Shown here: positions 63,606-64,000 of the stretch, piece after piece
How the letters are laid out: every line of letters starts with the position of its first letter
Numbering within the stretch: position 1 is the stretch's first letter
DNA from: Selaginella moellendorffii
Lineage: Eukaryota > Plantae > Lycopodiophyta
Length of the DNA stretch: 64,000 nucleotides
Reading direction: 5' to 3'
Assembly (NCBI RefSeq): GCF_000143415.4
Contig: NW_003314385.1
Coordinates: forward strand, 215,296 to 279,295
The notes under the pieces: model-generated
Told to the model about the DNA's origin: nothing
The model's input: the letters and a program-made list of their open reading frames with translations, nothing else
The model's database searches: none
Translations under genes and position numbers: made by a program

Positions 63606-64000
63606 CTACTTGTTGACATACGTTTGAGCCGCATCAAATTCCACCGAGTAGAGCCTCTCAAGCCCACGGTTCCTCCCAAAGTTGACGCGCTGTGCAGACA
63701 CCTCGATGCTGCTCCGTCCAAAGTACATTGTCACGGCCACCTGGCGACTCGTCCCCAGCTCTAGATCCTCGTTTATGTCTATGCTGTAGCTGTCGAGCAC
63801 GGCACAGCCTTCGTCGACAGTGTACTCTGGAATCTTGCTGCTGCTCGAGATGAGTAAGTATCCTCAAGGCTTTCTGGTCAGTGTACATGGGAAAGAACGA
63901 GTGCGTGATCTCCTGGTTCTCCGAGACTGACTCGTCCTTCTTGACGTAGAGGCTAAAGACGCTGCATCTCTCGATTCCGTAGTTGTCGATAAACTTGGAT
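63606..64000 (-). CDS. 3' end of a second HSPA12-like gene (continues beyond the window; coding integrity uncertain)
   Basis: LDSYSIDINED..RQVAVTMYFGRSSIEVSAQRVNFG...YSVEFD parallels 62038-62340. Confidence 0.6.

Overview
Eukaryotic plant nuclear DNA. Short 50-110 bp GT-AG introns, very compact gene spacing, an intronless PLS-class PPR gene, a GT2 glucan synthase of the moss/fungal type and HSPA12-like genes suggest a lycophyte such as Selaginella; this is an inference, not verified. Left arm (1-17.7 kb): 3' end of a HAT/TPR gene, an intact MSI1/RBBP4-like WD40 gene with several decayed copies, a small TRIM cluster, a PPR gene head-to-head with a two-B3 (REM-like) gene, a RING gene and a probable terpene-synthase pseudogene. 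Centre (about 17.9-48.8 kb): a nest of non-coding LTR elements from two large families (here A and B) plus Cassandra-type TRIMs whose LTRs carry a 5S rRNA segment with compensatory base-pair changes. Right arm (49-64 kb): an extremely AT-rich secreted bulb-type-lectin chimera, a photosystem II cluster (LPA1 head-to-head with a strongly divergent PsbO-like gene that lacks the conserved DPKGR loop, then canonical PsbO), a 4-unit polyubiquitin with A28T, two tandem AGlcS/mixed-linkage-glucan-synthase-like GT2 genes and two HSPA12-like copies. Best candidates for novelty: the divergent lumen-targeted PsbO paralogue in a PSII cluster, the 5S-bearing Cassandra TRIM, and the AT-rich lectin chimera. 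Coordinates were read by eye; boundaries of decayed repeats are approximate.
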